From assembly GCA_043745405.1 (NCBI GenBank), contig JAYTTI010000006.1, positions 9,967-73,966 on the forward strand: 64,000 nt of DNA, in the 5' to 3' direction. This DNA comes from Ferruginibacter sp. Its GTDB lineage: Bacteria; Bacteroidota; Bacteroidia; Chitinophagales; Chitinophagaceae. The position numbers and the translations under genes are program-made. Under the pieces are notes generated by a model that did no database searches, was not told where the DNA came from, and saw only the letters and a list, made by a program, of their open reading frames with translations. Shown here piece after piece: positions 39,974 to 50,131 of this stretch; position 1 is the stretch's first letter; each line of letters begins with the position of its first letter.

Positions 39974-41122
39974 GTGAATAAATCTCCTCAACCTATTATC
40001 GTACATTTTGACCTTGACTCTTTTTTTGTGTCGGTTGAAATATTAAACAATCCGTCTTTAAAAGGAAAACCTGTTTTTGTTGGTGGAAGCGAGAGGGGTG
40101 TGGTGGCTGCCTGCAGTTACGAGGCCCGTAAATTTGGTATCCATTCAGGCATGCCTTCTAAAAAAGCTTTGCAGCTATGCCCTCAGGCAATTATAGTAAA
40201 AGGTACCCGTGGAGAGTATAGTAAATTTAGCAGGTGGGTTACCGATATTATTGCAGCCAAAGCTCCCTTGTTTGAAAAAGCTTCTATTGATGAATTTTAT
40301 CTGGACCTTACAGGAATGGATAAATTTTTTAAACCACTGCAATGGACTGTTGATCTTCGCAAACAAATAATGGAAGAAACACAGTTACCTATTTCGTTTG
40401 GTATGGGCAGCAATAAAATGATTGCGAAAATTGCAACAAACGAAGCAAAGCCCAATGGCTATTTACAAGTGCCTTTTGGAAAGGAAAAAGAATTTCTTGC
40501 ACCATTAACGGTTAATAAAATACCCGGTGTTGGAGATCAAACTTATGAAGTATTAAAATCCATGTGCATCTGGACCATTAATGATATTACCCTGAGAACA
40601 AAAGAAGAACTGGAAGAGCGGCTTGGAAAATGGGGAGTAGATTTGTGGAACAAAAGTTTTGGAATCCATAATGGCGAAGTAACGCAGTACCATGAAGCCA
40701 AGTCCATTTCAACCGAAAATACTTTTAATGAAAATAAAACAGACCTTGTATTTTTAATGAGCGAATTGGTAAGGCAATCAGAAAAAATTGCTTTTGAATT
40801 AAGGCAGGACGGAAAAGTGGCAGGTTGTATCGCAGTAAAAATCCGCTACCCCGATTTTGAAACCACTTCCCGGCAAACAACTGTTCCGTTTACCTGTGCC
40901 GATGATGAAATTATTCCGGTGGCAAAAGAATTATTTAATAAACTTTACCGCAAAGGCCAGCCCATAAGGTTGCTGGGCGTTCGTTTAAGCGAGTTAACCA
41001 ATGAAGCAGTACAGGCAAACCTGTTTGATGATGTAGAAAGAAAAACAGATTTATACAAAGCAATCGACGATGTAAAAAACCGCTTTGGAAAATTAAAATT
41101 AAAAAGGGCATCATCCGGTTAA
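39974..41122 (+). CDS. dinB: DNA polymerase IV
   Basis: HFDLDSFFVSVE, SYEARKFG, SIDEFYLD, IPGVG, IRLLGV. Confidence 0.95.
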   Translation: MNKSPQPIIVHFDLDSFFVSVEILNNPSLKGKPVFVGGSERGVVAACSYEARKFGIHSGMPSKKALQLCPQAIIVKGTRGEYSKFSRWVTDIIAAKAPLFEKASIDEFYLDLTGMDKFFKPLQWTVDLRKQIMEETQLPISFGMGSNKMIAKIATNEAKPNGYLQVPFGKEKEFLAPLTVNKIPGVGDQTYEVLKSMCIWTINDITLRTKEELEERLGKWGVDLWNKSFGIHNGEVTQYHEAKSISTENTFNENKTDLVFLMSELVRQSEKIAFELRQDGKVAGCIAVKIRYPDFETTSRQTTVPFTCADDEIIPVAKELFNKLYRKGQPIRLLGVRLSELTNEAVQANLFDDVERKTDLYKAIDDVKNRFGKLKLKRASSG

Positions 41123-41143
41123 ACGAAAGTTGTAATTGCAGCC

Positions 41144-41584
41144 TCATAACTTTCCTATAACTTTTTCCCCCTCAGCCCTGTCTATCAATTCTGCCAGTGT
41201 TTTCTTTTCTAATATTTTTAAAGTGGCATCCCTTGTAATTTGCATGGCTTTATTTAACCCGCAGGTAGCTTCATCACAATCTTTACACTTTTCGTAAAAA
41301 TTCAGGCTTACACAAGGTAATAGTGCAATAGGACCGCCAACCAGCCTGATGGCTCTGGCCAATGTTGTTTTTTTTGGTGACTGAAGAAGGTAATAACCGC
41401 CACCCTTCCCCTTTTTACTATCTAATATACCCGCCTGTTTTAATTCAAGTAGTATTGTTTCCAGGAACTTGATAGGTATTTTTTTCTTCTTTGAAATATC
41501 TGATATTAATACCGGGCCCTCGCCATATTTGCCAGCCAGGTAGCCAAGTGCCTTAAGGGCATATTGTGTTTTTTTCGATAACAT
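41144..41584 (-). CDS. Rrf2 family transcriptional regulator
   Basis: TQYALKAL, KFLETIL, SKKGKGGGY, Cys-rich CVSLNFYEKCKDCDEATC. Confidence 0.93.
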   Translation of the reverse strand: MLSKKTQYALKALGYLAGKYGEGPVLISDISKKKKIPIKFLETILLELKQAGILDSKKGKGGGYYLLQSPKKTTLARAIRLVGGPIALLPCVSLNFYEKCKDCDEATCGLNKAMQITRDATLKILEKKTLAELIDRAEGEKVIGKL

Positions 41585-41634
41585 GGCAGAAAGTTAGTTA
41601 AAAAGTAAAAATAATAATAAAAAAAATAAAATTA

Positions 41635-41655
41635 AGTCTACTGTATTGATAGACT
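41635..41655. promoter_or_regulatory. Putative Rrf2 operator
   Basis: Palindrome AGTCTA-N9-TAGACT immediately upstream of a TATATTTG element (41662-41669). Confidence 0.6.
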
Positions 41656-41688
41656 ATTATGTATATTTGCTTCCTAAATTATTTTATT

Positions 41689-42327
41689 ATGAGCCTACGT
41701 TTAGGGGATACTGCTCCCAATTTTACAGCAAAAACATCACTTGGAGAACTTAATTTTTATGATTACCTGGGTGATTCATGGGGTATTTTATTTTCTCATC
41801 CTGCAGATTATACGCCTGTATGTACAACAGAACTGGGACGTACTGCTGCTTTAAAAGATGAGTTTACAAAACGAAATGTAAAGGTATTGGCACTAAGTGT
41901 TGACCCGGTTGATAAGCATTTGGGATGGATTGGTGATATCAACGAAACGCAAAATGTTACTGTTGAATTTCCTATTATCGCCGATGATGAAAGAAAGGTT
42001 TCTGAATTATACGATTTTATTCATCCAAATGCTTCTGCTACTGCTACGGTTCGTTCTTTGGTAATTATTGCACCAGATAAAACGGTTAAGCTGATTATAA
42101 CTTACCCTGCAAGCACAGGGCGTAATTTTGTAGAGGTTTTAAGGGTGGTTGATTCTTTACAATTAACAGCTAATTACAGTGTTGCTACGCCGGCCAATTG
42201 GAAAAATGGTGAAGATGTAATTGTAGTGCCTGCTGTAAGTACAGAAGATGCGATTAAGAAATTCCCTAAAGGTGTAAAAATTGTAAAGCCCTATTTACGT
42301 TATACACCGCAACCTGATTTGAGCTAA
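41689..42327 (+). CDS. 1-Cys peroxiredoxin (Prx6 type)
   Basis: FSHPADYTPVCTTELG, YPASTGRNF, TPANW; start ATG 41689. Confidence 0.95.
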   Translation: MSLRLGDTAPNFTAKTSLGELNFYDYLGDSWGILFSHPADYTPVCTTELGRTAALKDEFTKRNVKVLALSVDPVDKHLGWIGDINETQNVTVEFPIIADDERKVSELYDFIHPNASATATVRSLVIIAPDKTVKLIITYPASTGRNFVEVLRVVDSLQLTANYSVATPANWKNGEDVIVVPAVSTEDAIKKFPKGVKIVKPYLRYTPQPDLS

Positions 42328-42351
42328 TTTTTTATTTGTTATTTATATAGC

Positions 42352-42380
42352 AAGAGCCACTGAAAAGTGGCTCTTTGTTT
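42352..42380. terminator. Intrinsic terminator
   Basis: AAGAGCCACT-GAAA-AGTGGCTCTT between convergent genes. Confidence 0.8.
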
Positions 42381-42458
42381 TATTTAGATTGTGGTAAGGT
42401 TATTTAACGTTTAATATTTATAGTTACCCTGTAGCAAAACAATAATTAAATAGATACA

Positions 42459-43256
42459 TCACCTGTTTTTCTTAAGCTGTTGCATCAAGGCCCTCATATC
42501 TTTTGGCAATTCTGCAATAAGATCAAATGCTTTGCCTTGCTCATCCGTAAATTTCAACTGGTAACTATGTAAAGCAACACGATTTAACATCGGCCTTTCT
42601 TCATCATCATGTTTACTGAGTTTAAATTTCTTTTTGATAGCGGAAAGCATTACCGGTTTACCATCGCCGTATAAAGGGTCGCATACTATGGGATGCCCAA
42701 TATTTTTTGAATGTACTCTTATCTGGTGGGTGCGGCCTGTATGTAATTGAAATTTAACCAACGAATATTTGGAAAAAATTTCCATCACTTCGTACTCGGT
42801 TAAAGAAGGCTTGCCATTTTTATTGATTACCATCTGCCCTTTAAACACAGGATGTTCCATAATGGCTCCCCCGATGCTGCCTGTTTTGTGCGCAGGCGAA
42901 CCATGTACCAGGCCCATATAATATTTTTCCATGGCTTTTTCCTCAAACTGTTTTGAAAAAAACTTATGAGTTGCTGCATCTTTGGCAAATAAAATAATGC
43001 CGCTGGTTTCTTTATCCAAACGGTGAATGGTAAAGATGCTGCCGTATTTTTCTATCAGCCTGTCTTTTAATGAAGGCTCAGACTGCATCCTGTCTGGAAT
43101 AGAAAGTACACCTGCCGGTTTGTTCAATGCTATAAAGGAATTATTTTCAAATAAAGTGATAGCACTTAAATCTTTTAATAAGCCAACAGAAGCTGATAAA
43201 GCTTTTGGCGTAACTGCAGTTTTGTTGGTATCCTTAAATGTATTTTCTTTATTCAT
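42459..43256 (-). CDS. RluA family pseudouridine synthase
   Basis: NKPAG, HRLDKETSG, TGRTHQIRVH, HPIVCDPLYG, LHSYQL. Confidence 0.95.
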   Translation of the reverse strand: MNKENTFKDTNKTAVTPKALSASVGLLKDLSAITLFENNSFIALNKPAGVLSIPDRMQSEPSLKDRLIEKYGSIFTIHRLDKETSGIILFAKDAATHKFFSKQFEEKAMEKYYMGLVHGSPAHKTGSIGGAIMEHPVFKGQMVINKNGKPSLTEYEVMEIFSKYSLVKFQLHTGRTHQIRVHSKNIGHPIVCDPLYGDGKPVMLSAIKKKFKLSKHDDEERPMLNRVALHSYQLKFTDEQGKAFDLIAELPKDMRALMQQLKKNR

Positions 43257-44373
43257 CTGCAATATTATTAGTTGCATTTTTTACCGGAATAATTTTTTTG
43301 TGCGACGCATTGAGGTATTTTAATAAACGCACTTCTTTTTCACTTAAAAAACGCCACTTGCCTCTTTCAACATTTTTTTTGGTAAGTGTTGCATACATTA
43401 CCCTGTCGAGCCCTTTAACATCGTATCCCAGATGCTCGAAAATCCGGCGAACAATGCGGTTACGTCCGCTATGTATTTCAATACCGATTACCGATTTATC
43501 TTTAGCGTCTGCATATGCCAGCGAGTCGGCTTTTATTTCACCGTCTTCTAATTTTAGCCCGTTTAATATTTTATCAAAATCGGCCTTGGTAAGATTTTTA
43601 TCCAATTTGGCCTCGTACACCTTTGTAATATTATAACTGGGGTGCGATAATTTTTGCGTTAACTCACCATCATTGGTTAACAATAAAACACCAGATGTAT
43701 TTCTGTCTAATCTTCCAACAGGGTATATCCTTTCTGTAGTAGCCATTTTGGTTAACTGTAATACTGTTCTTCTTCCCTGTGGATCATCCGTAGTGGTAAT
43801 ATAATCTTTGGGCTTATTTAATAAAATGTATACCAGGTTTTTGCTGACGAATAATTTTTTACCATTGAATTTTATATCATCCCTTTCGGATACTTTAAAG
43901 GCAGGTTCAATTATTACGGCATCATTTACTTTTACTTTACCTTCTTTAATAATTGTAACCGCATCACGCCTGCTGCAAACACCACAATGAGCCAAAAATT
44001 TATTTAAAGGCATTAAGGCATTGCTTATAGGAGCAGGTTTACCAACTGCTGTTTTTACAGGCGCTTTCGCAACAGTGGGTGCATATTCTTTTTTTATTTC
44101 AACTATTTTTTCAACCTGGCTAAAATTGCTTTCAATAGCATTTATTTTATTTTCCTTTTTAAGTTGATTGCTTTTGGCGCTCCGGTCTGTAGAAGGCTGG
44201 GATTGTTGAGGAGCATTTTTGGCTGCGGCCTTTAAACGTCTTTTTTCTTCAAAACGCTTGTCTATGGCTATTGCACGCTCTTTTTTGGCTTTCTTTTTTG
44301 CCTGTTTGAATTCTTCTTTTATTAAACTGTTCTTTTTTTTGGGAACAAACTTTTGGAATGGCACCTGGCTCAT
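43249..44373 (-). CDS. RsuA/RluB-family pseudouridine synthase with S4 domain
   Basis: LNKFLAHCGVCSRR (S4), PVGRLDRNTSG, LLTNDG, GRNRIVRR. Confidence 0.93.
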   Translation of the reverse strand: MSQVPFQKFVPKKKNSLIKEEFKQAKKKAKKERAIAIDKRFEEKRRLKAAAKNAPQQSQPSTDRSAKSNQLKKENKINAIESNFSQVEKIVEIKKEYAPTVAKAPVKTAVGKPAPISNALMPLNKFLAHCGVCSRRDAVTIIKEGKVKVNDAVIIEPAFKVSERDDIKFNGKKLFVSKNLVYILLNKPKDYITTTDDPQGRRTVLQLTKMATTERIYPVGRLDRNTSGVLLLTNDGELTQKLSHPSYNITKVYEAKLDKNLTKADFDKILNGLKLEDGEIKADSLAYADAKDKSVIGIEIHSGRNRIVRRIFEHLGYDVKGLDRVMYATLTKKNVERGKWRFLSEKEVRLLKYLNASHKKIIPVKNATNNIADE

Positions 44374-44568
44374 TGTATGTAGATTTTTACTGTTATTTCA
44401 ACAGGAGTGAACTACAAATGTATAACTTTAAAATTTAAAGCTCCATTTCAGCTGTGGTGTAATCAGGGTTGTTCAGTTATGCACTTGTTAAGAATGTAGT
44501 CAGGTATTGAAAATATGCCGTCTTTTAATATACATAAAAACCAGCGGCAGTACATTACCAGTTAATAA

Positions 44569-45081
44569 TTATATCGGCTGTTTGTTTTCTATTTTCAGTC
44601 GTTTTATTTCTTTCATTTTACTAAACTGTTCAGGAGTTAAAATATTTCTGAAGACTTTTTTATTCTGCTTTTTTAATGCTTTTAATCGTTGCAGCTTTTG
44701 AATATGGCTTAGTTGATTATTTTCTTTTACTGCGTTTACTTCAGCATTGGTAGATTGTTTAGTGCTTTTTATTTTGGCAACCTGCTCATCAGATAAAGTA
44801 AGGTTGGCTTTCATTTTATCTAATTTTTTAGCAATCTTCATTTCACGCTTTGCCTGTTGTAGTTTTTTTGCCTGAACGAGGATATTTTTTTGATCAGCCG
44901 ATAACAGGTCCATCACTTTTTCTTTTTTTTCTTTTTGTAAAGTGGTCTTTCTATCCCTTGATTCCCTGACAGTAATATCCTCATTTTGCTTCAGTGTAAT
45001 CAATTGTTTTTTATAGCTTTTATTTAAGGCTTTCAATTGCTCTTTTTGTACAATGCTAAGGTTCAGTTCTTTCATCATCAT
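44569..45081 (-). CDS. Spy/CpxP-like (LTxxQ) helical protein, N-terminus possibly decayed
   Basis: Repeated LNLS..QK / LLSADQ / LTLSDEQ / ILTPEQ motifs. Confidence 0.6.
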   Translation of the reverse strand: MMMKELNLSIVQKEQLKALNKSYKKQLITLKQNEDITVRESRDRKTTLQKEKKEKVMDLLSADQKNILVQAKKLQQAKREMKIAKKLDKMKANLTLSDEQVAKIKSTKQSTNAEVNAVKENNQLSHIQKLQRLKALKKQNKKVFRNILTPEQFSKMKEIKRLKIENKQPI

Positions 45082-45262
45082 TTTATATTAATGGCTGTGA
45101 GGCTGTTTTTGTGTATCGGTACTAAATATACAAATACTAATGGGCATTAGTTATATTTCTATCTTTTCTATAAATTTATTTTACTAGTAAGATAGATAGG
45201 CATGAGGCTATAATGCAGGTTTAATACAAATGTTTAAAGTAATGCTTAAAGGAAACAGTAAT

Positions 45263-46309
45263 TTAATTTCCCTTGTTGGCTAATTGTCCGCAGGCTGCAT
45301 CAATGTCTTTACCACGGCTTCTTCTAACCCTTACATTCACCCTGTTTTTTGCCAGGTAATCTGTAAAACGCTGGGTAACTTCTTCATCGGGTTTGGAAAA
45401 TTTTACACCTTCTATAGGGTTGTATTCAATTACGTTTACAAGGTGTGTGGGAATTTGACGGTATAATTTTACCAATGCCTCTGCATCTTCGATTGTATCA
45501 TTAAGGTTTTTAAATAATATATATTCAAGAGTAATATCGTTCTTTGTTTTATCGTAAAAATAATTCAGCGCTTCTACCAATGCTGCAATATTATTTGTTT
45601 CGTTGATGGGCATTATCTCGTTACGTTTTTTATCATCTGCCGCATGTAACGAAAGTGCCAGGTTAAACCTTACCTTATCATCTCCCAATTGCCGTATCAT
45701 TTTAGAAACACCTGCCGTAGAAACGGTAATTCTTTTGGGGCTCATTGCCATTCCATCATTGGCAATAAGTCGGTCGATGGCTTTTAATACATTTTTATAA
45801 TTCAGTAAAGGTTCGCCCATGCCCATAAAAACTACATTCGATAATTTTTTATCAAATGTTTTTTCTGATTGCTGATTTAGAAGGGCTACCTGGTTGTAAA
45901 TTTCATCGTAGTCTAAATTTCTTTTTCTTTCCATAGTACCAGTTGCACAAAATTTGCAACTAAGGCTGCAGCCAATTTGAGAAGAAACACAGGCGGTATT
46001 TCTTTTTTCGGTCGGTATCAGTACACCTTCAATCATATGGCCATCAAAAGTCTTAAACCTCGATTTAACAGTACCATCACCACTAAACTGTGTAGCATTT
46101 ACTGTAAGTGCAGGAAGGGTAAATTTTTCAGCAATTTTTATACGTAAATCTTTTGACAGGTCAGTCATTTCTTCAAAGCTCTGTGCGCCTCTTTTCCATA
46201 TCCATTCATGTACCTGTTTTGTACGAAATTTTTTTTCGCCAATAGATGCAAAATAATTCACTAATTCTTCTAAACTCAGGTGGCGAATGTTCTGTTTAAC
46301 TGCTGTCAT
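45263..46309 (-). CDS. rlmN: 23S rRNA (adenine-2503-C2)-methyltransferase
   Basis: CVSSQIGCSLSCKFC radical-SAM motif, MGMGEP, DIDAACGQL. Confidence 0.96.
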   Translation of the reverse strand: MTAVKQNIRHLSLEELVNYFASIGEKKFRTKQVHEWIWKRGAQSFEEMTDLSKDLRIKIAEKFTLPALTVNATQFSGDGTVKSRFKTFDGHMIEGVLIPTEKRNTACVSSQIGCSLSCKFCATGTMERKRNLDYDEIYNQVALLNQQSEKTFDKKLSNVVFMGMGEPLLNYKNVLKAIDRLIANDGMAMSPKRITVSTAGVSKMIRQLGDDKVRFNLALSLHAADDKKRNEIMPINETNNIAALVEALNYFYDKTKNDITLEYILFKNLNDTIEDAEALVKLYRQIPTHLVNVIEYNPIEGVKFSKPDEEVTQRFTDYLAKNRVNVRVRRSRGKDIDAACGQLANKGN

Positions 46310-46424
46310 TTCGCAAAGATACTTTACTGTAGCGGCTTTGTAAAATGCGTAGAGAACTTTTATAGTGTTTTTGAGTTGGTTACGGCAAAAATTGCCTGTT
46401 TACTAATCAGTTCTACAAAAAGAT

Positions 46425-47609
46425 TTATAGTTTATTTAGCAGTTTATTTACAAGCCTGTAATTAATAGCTATCGATAATACTAATAACAGCATGGCTATC
46501 GCCAATACCGTCCAATCAATAAAATAAGATAATCCTTCTTTTGAAGGCGTTACAAAATATTGAAATCCCCAGTGCAAAAGCTGGGTTAAAACCAGTGCAG
46601 TAATGATGATGAAGATGTAAACCGGTATCCATTTTTTTGCTACGGTTTTACTGAGCCATTTGGGCGAATAACCAAGGGTTAGCAAAAATTGCAGGTTGTC
46701 TTTGCTTTTTGCAATCATCAGTTGCAGATAAAACGAGAATAAAACAAATGCCAGTAAAATAACTAAAATGCCAAAACCTGCAAGGCTGCTCACAATGGTT
46801 TGCAATACTCCTTTTATCCTGCCAAATTTTGTTTTGTCTTTATTTATATGAAACTCTTTTTTAGCCAGGTAACTAAGTAACTGCGGATTGTTGGCATCTT
46901 TTGTTTTAATAAATATACGGGATGGCTGTATGTTTTCCACGCCTTCTATTTCTTTATTTTGTTTTTCTAAAAAACTTTCTGGAACCAGTATGCTGTTTAT
47001 TCTGTCACTGAAACCAACAATTCTCGCTTTAAATTGCCTTTCGCCATTGTGCCCATGACATAGTAAAAATATTTGCAGTGAACTGGCAGTTTTTTCGGAT
47101 AATTGCGGAAGGTCCCAACTCGGTGCAAACACATTGTACATTTCTAAAAAATCGGTGGCAAAAATAACTGGTACAAATTCATCCCCTTCTTTCCATTTAA
47201 AAATGTCGGGTACTGTATCTATAAAATTAGCATTTAATGCTTCAACAAAAATATCTGTGCTAAATGGTATCATATTACCGGCGCCTGCGGTTACTTTAAA
47301 GGCATTTGCTTTTAGCGGTGCAGCGTCTTCAATAAATGGTTGTGTTTGTAAATCTTTAATATCTGCCTCTGTAAAGCGGTTGTCCTTACCCATATTTTCA
47401 TTGGTAATAATTTTGGTAATGGAAATAAAATCTGCGCCGTTTTTGCGGCTATTTTTATCTCTTATCAGCTGGTTAATATTATTATACATTTGAACAGAGC
47501 AAAGCAATAATAATACACCAATGCCCAGTCCAAAATAACTCAGCCAACGGCTAACTTTGTTTTGGCTGGCAGATAAAAATGGCGCTATATTTTTGTAGGA
47601 AAGATTCAA
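46425..47609 (-). CDS. FtsX-like ABC transporter permease
   Basis: TM + large periplasmic domain + three C-terminal TMs, LLTLGYSP; downstream of an ABC ATPase. Confidence 0.75.
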   Translation of the reverse strand: MNLSYKNIAPFLSASQNKVSRWLSYFGLGIGVLLLLCSVQMYNNINQLIRDKNSRKNGADFISITKIITNENMGKDNRFTEADIKDLQTQPFIEDAAPLKANAFKVTAGAGNMIPFSTDIFVEALNANFIDTVPDIFKWKEGDEFVPVIFATDFLEMYNVFAPSWDLPQLSEKTASSLQIFLLCHGHNGERQFKARIVGFSDRINSILVPESFLEKQNKEIEGVENIQPSRIFIKTKDANNPQLLSYLAKKEFHINKDKTKFGRIKGVLQTIVSSLAGFGILVILLAFVLFSFYLQLMIAKSKDNLQFLLTLGYSPKWLSKTVAKKWIPVYIFIIITALVLTQLLHWGFQYFVTPSKEGLSYFIDWTVLAIAMLLLVLSIAINYRLVNKLLNKL

Positions 47610-47684
47610 GGCAATTAATAATTAATAATTTATAATTTATTCATCAAGGAGTTTTATTCATTTTCGATAAAGCTTACAACTTCC

Positions 47685-48326
47685 TCACAAATACAATATT
47701 CTTTCCGCATTAAAATAGTCTATCTTTTTTAAGTCTGTTAAAATGATGGCGGCCTTTCTTTCGGCCGACTCTTCCTGCATTAGTTCCATTGCTTTTTGCC
47801 GGTTGCTTTCATCCAGGTGACTAAATGGCTCATCCAATAATAAAAAATCAAATGGCTGTTGTAATGCCCTTATAATGGCAATACGCTGCTGTTCTCCATA
47901 ACTGCAGGTGCTGCACAATTTAGTTAGTTTACTTTCTATACCAAGCCGTTTTGCCATTGCTTCTATCTTGCTTTTGGGGTGATAGGGCAATAATGATCTT
48001 TTTATCTCAAGGTTTTGCAAAACAGTTTGGCCGGTAAACAAACGCAGATCCTGAAAGATGATGCTGATATATTGTTGCCGCCAGTCAGAGAATTTTTCTG
48101 CATCAAAATTTTTGATATCGTTGGTATCATATAAAATTTTGCCAGAATAATCATTTCTGAGGCCGTATAAAAAATGGATAAAACATGTTTTGCCACTACC
48201 GCTTGGCGCAATAATATGAATATTTTCGCCTTTGTTAAAAGAAAGCGATTGGTTCCACAATTGCGAACCGGCGGCTTTGCCATTTTCAAAAAATACCGGA
48301 ACAACCTGTTGTAATGAAATTTGCAT
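47685..48326 (-). CDS. ABC transporter ATP-binding protein
   Basis: APSGSGKT, signature CSYGEQQR, LLLDEPFSHLD. Confidence 0.93.
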   Translation of the reverse strand: MQISLQQVVPVFFENGKAAGSQLWNQSLSFNKGENIHIIAPSGSGKTCFIHFLYGLRNDYSGKILYDTNDIKNFDAEKFSDWRQQYISIIFQDLRLFTGQTVLQNLEIKRSLLPYHPKSKIEAMAKRLGIESKLTKLCSTCSYGEQQRIAIIRALQQPFDFLLLDEPFSHLDESNRQKAMELMQEESAERKAAIILTDLKKIDYFNAERILYL

Positions 48327-48338
48327 AGAGGTATAAGT

Positions 48339-48372
48339 AAAAAAACTGCCAATTCATTTTGTGAATTGGCAG
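48339..48372 (-). terminator. Intrinsic terminator-like hairpin
   Basis: CTGCCAATTCA-N5-TGAATTGGCAG with a T-run on the minus strand. Confidence 0.7.
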
Positions 48373-48387
48373 CGATTAATAACTACA

Positions 48388-50085
48388 CTATTTTGTTTCT
48401 TTAAGCGTTGAAGGATTTTCTGGCGTCACAGCATTTTTATAATTCAGTCCATCTGATTTTTCTTTATTCTTTTTTTCTTTATAAACCTTGCCCAACCTGT
48501 TTGCATATTCATTAAGCTGTTTAAGGCTGTTGGTTGTTTTATCAACCAAATTTATTTCCACAGTTTGTGTAATAGCACCATCTGTAAAATCTCCACCCTT
48601 CATCAATATATTATCCCACAATTTTAAAGAAGCATCTAATACTTCTTTAGCGCTGCTGTCTTTTGCAGCCTCGCCTTCAAAAGTTTTTAGCAATAATTGA
48701 ATGCTAAGGTAGCCACTAAACGACTGCCCATTTATTTTATTGATAAAATCAAAATTTGTATTGGTGCCAGCAAGGTATTTATCTGCATTTTCTTTGCTAT
48801 TGGCAATAGTAAAATAAGTGCCATTGCTGTTATAAGCAATGGGCGACTTGCTGCTGTCGCCTGTTTCCTGCGACCCTAACTTTTTACCAGCATTTATCAA
48901 TTTATTAAAAGCATCTTTATCGCCAATAGAGGCAGCAAAAACAAAATTAAAGTCTGGCTTTTGATGCACAGATACATCATCACTACCACCAAAATTATAT
49001 TTTACACTATCTTTTTTCATTGTAAGATCGGATACCCCAAATAAAATATCCCCTTTATTTGCTTTAATAAAATCGTCGATGGTAATGCCAACATATTTAA
49101 GCCCCATATTTGCAATGCCATCAAGATTACTGATTGCTAAAATTTCTCTTATTCCTTCCGGTGTAAAATTGAGCGCCATTAATGCTACAACATCTTTACC
49201 CGGAATGCGTTTTATCATGTCTTCGCTTATTTTGCCGCCACTATATTTTTTTAATATTTTTTGTATTTCTTCGCCTACATAACTTTTACCAAAAACAGTT
49301 ATTTTACCATTATCAAAATTTAATGTTGCTGTGGTAACGCTTCCTTTATAAAATTTCTCCAGGTTAACCATTGCCATCATTGGGTTTGATAAAGCGTCTT
49401 TGGTTATTTCTTCAGTATTTACCCAAAAATGAATATCACCGCTTTCTTTCATCAGCTTGGTAAATCTTTCATTTTTTGCCAAGCTATTAGATTCACTTAA
49501 TGCAAAAATTGCTTTGCAGGCTGCGCTGATATCTCTTGATTTAACCGGAGTGATATTATTAATGGAATCCTGTTGCATTCTTTTTGTCAGTTCATCCATA
49601 TGTGCCATTTGAGGGGCGTCAAAAAGATATACAAATTTGTCTTTTGAATATCCAACACAAAAAGGTGATTTGCTGATAAAAGTGACACCATCTTTTTCGC
49701 TTTCAGTTCCATTTGCTGTAAACTGTTTATTGAAAGTTTTAAATAGCTGTTCATTCTTTATGTTTCCTTCAAAAACTGCGTAACCGCCGATAGTATCTTT
49801 TTGTACAAAAAATATTAAATCAGATTTGCTATCAATACCACTGCTGTCTGGGTTGTTAAGCAACATTTTCATTTCCGCAGGTATGGTGCTGTCTTTATCT
49901 GCATCTTTAAATAGCGGGTTCTGTTTTATGTCTTCCCACGATAATTTTGCCGATAATGATTTTCCATCAATATGAATTACAATGGCAGCATCCTGGGGAA
50001 TTAATTTACCCTGCGTGTTTGTTTGGCTGCAGGAAGCGAGTAAAATTACTGAGGCTAATACTGGCAGAAGAAAACGAGTTTGCAT
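48388..50085 (-). CDS. DUF4836-like lipoprotein
   Basis: Start ATG 50085, lipobox LASC, IPQDA, SGID, C-terminal NSLKQL. Confidence 0.7.
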   Translation of the reverse strand: MQTRFLLPVLASVILLASCSQTNTQGKLIPQDAAIVIHIDGKSLSAKLSWEDIKQNPLFKDADKDSTIPAEMKMLLNNPDSSGIDSKSDLIFFVQKDTIGGYAVFEGNIKNEQLFKTFNKQFTANGTESEKDGVTFISKSPFCVGYSKDKFVYLFDAPQMAHMDELTKRMQQDSINNITPVKSRDISAACKAIFALSESNSLAKNERFTKLMKESGDIHFWVNTEEITKDALSNPMMAMVNLEKFYKGSVTTATLNFDNGKITVFGKSYVGEEIQKILKKYSGGKISEDMIKRIPGKDVVALMALNFTPEGIREILAISNLDGIANMGLKYVGITIDDFIKANKGDILFGVSDLTMKKDSVKYNFGGSDDVSVHQKPDFNFVFAASIGDKDAFNKLINAGKKLGSQETGDSSKSPIAYNSNGTYFTIANSKENADKYLAGTNTNFDFINKINGQSFSGYLSIQLLLKTFEGEAAKDSSAKEVLDASLKLWDNILMKGGDFTDGAITQTVEINLVDKTTNSLKQLNEYANRLGKVYKEKKNKEKSDGLNYKNAVTPENPSTLKETK

Positions 50086-50131
50086 AAATTGTATTTTTAG
50101 ATGTAGGAAAATATATTTTTTGTAATTGTTT

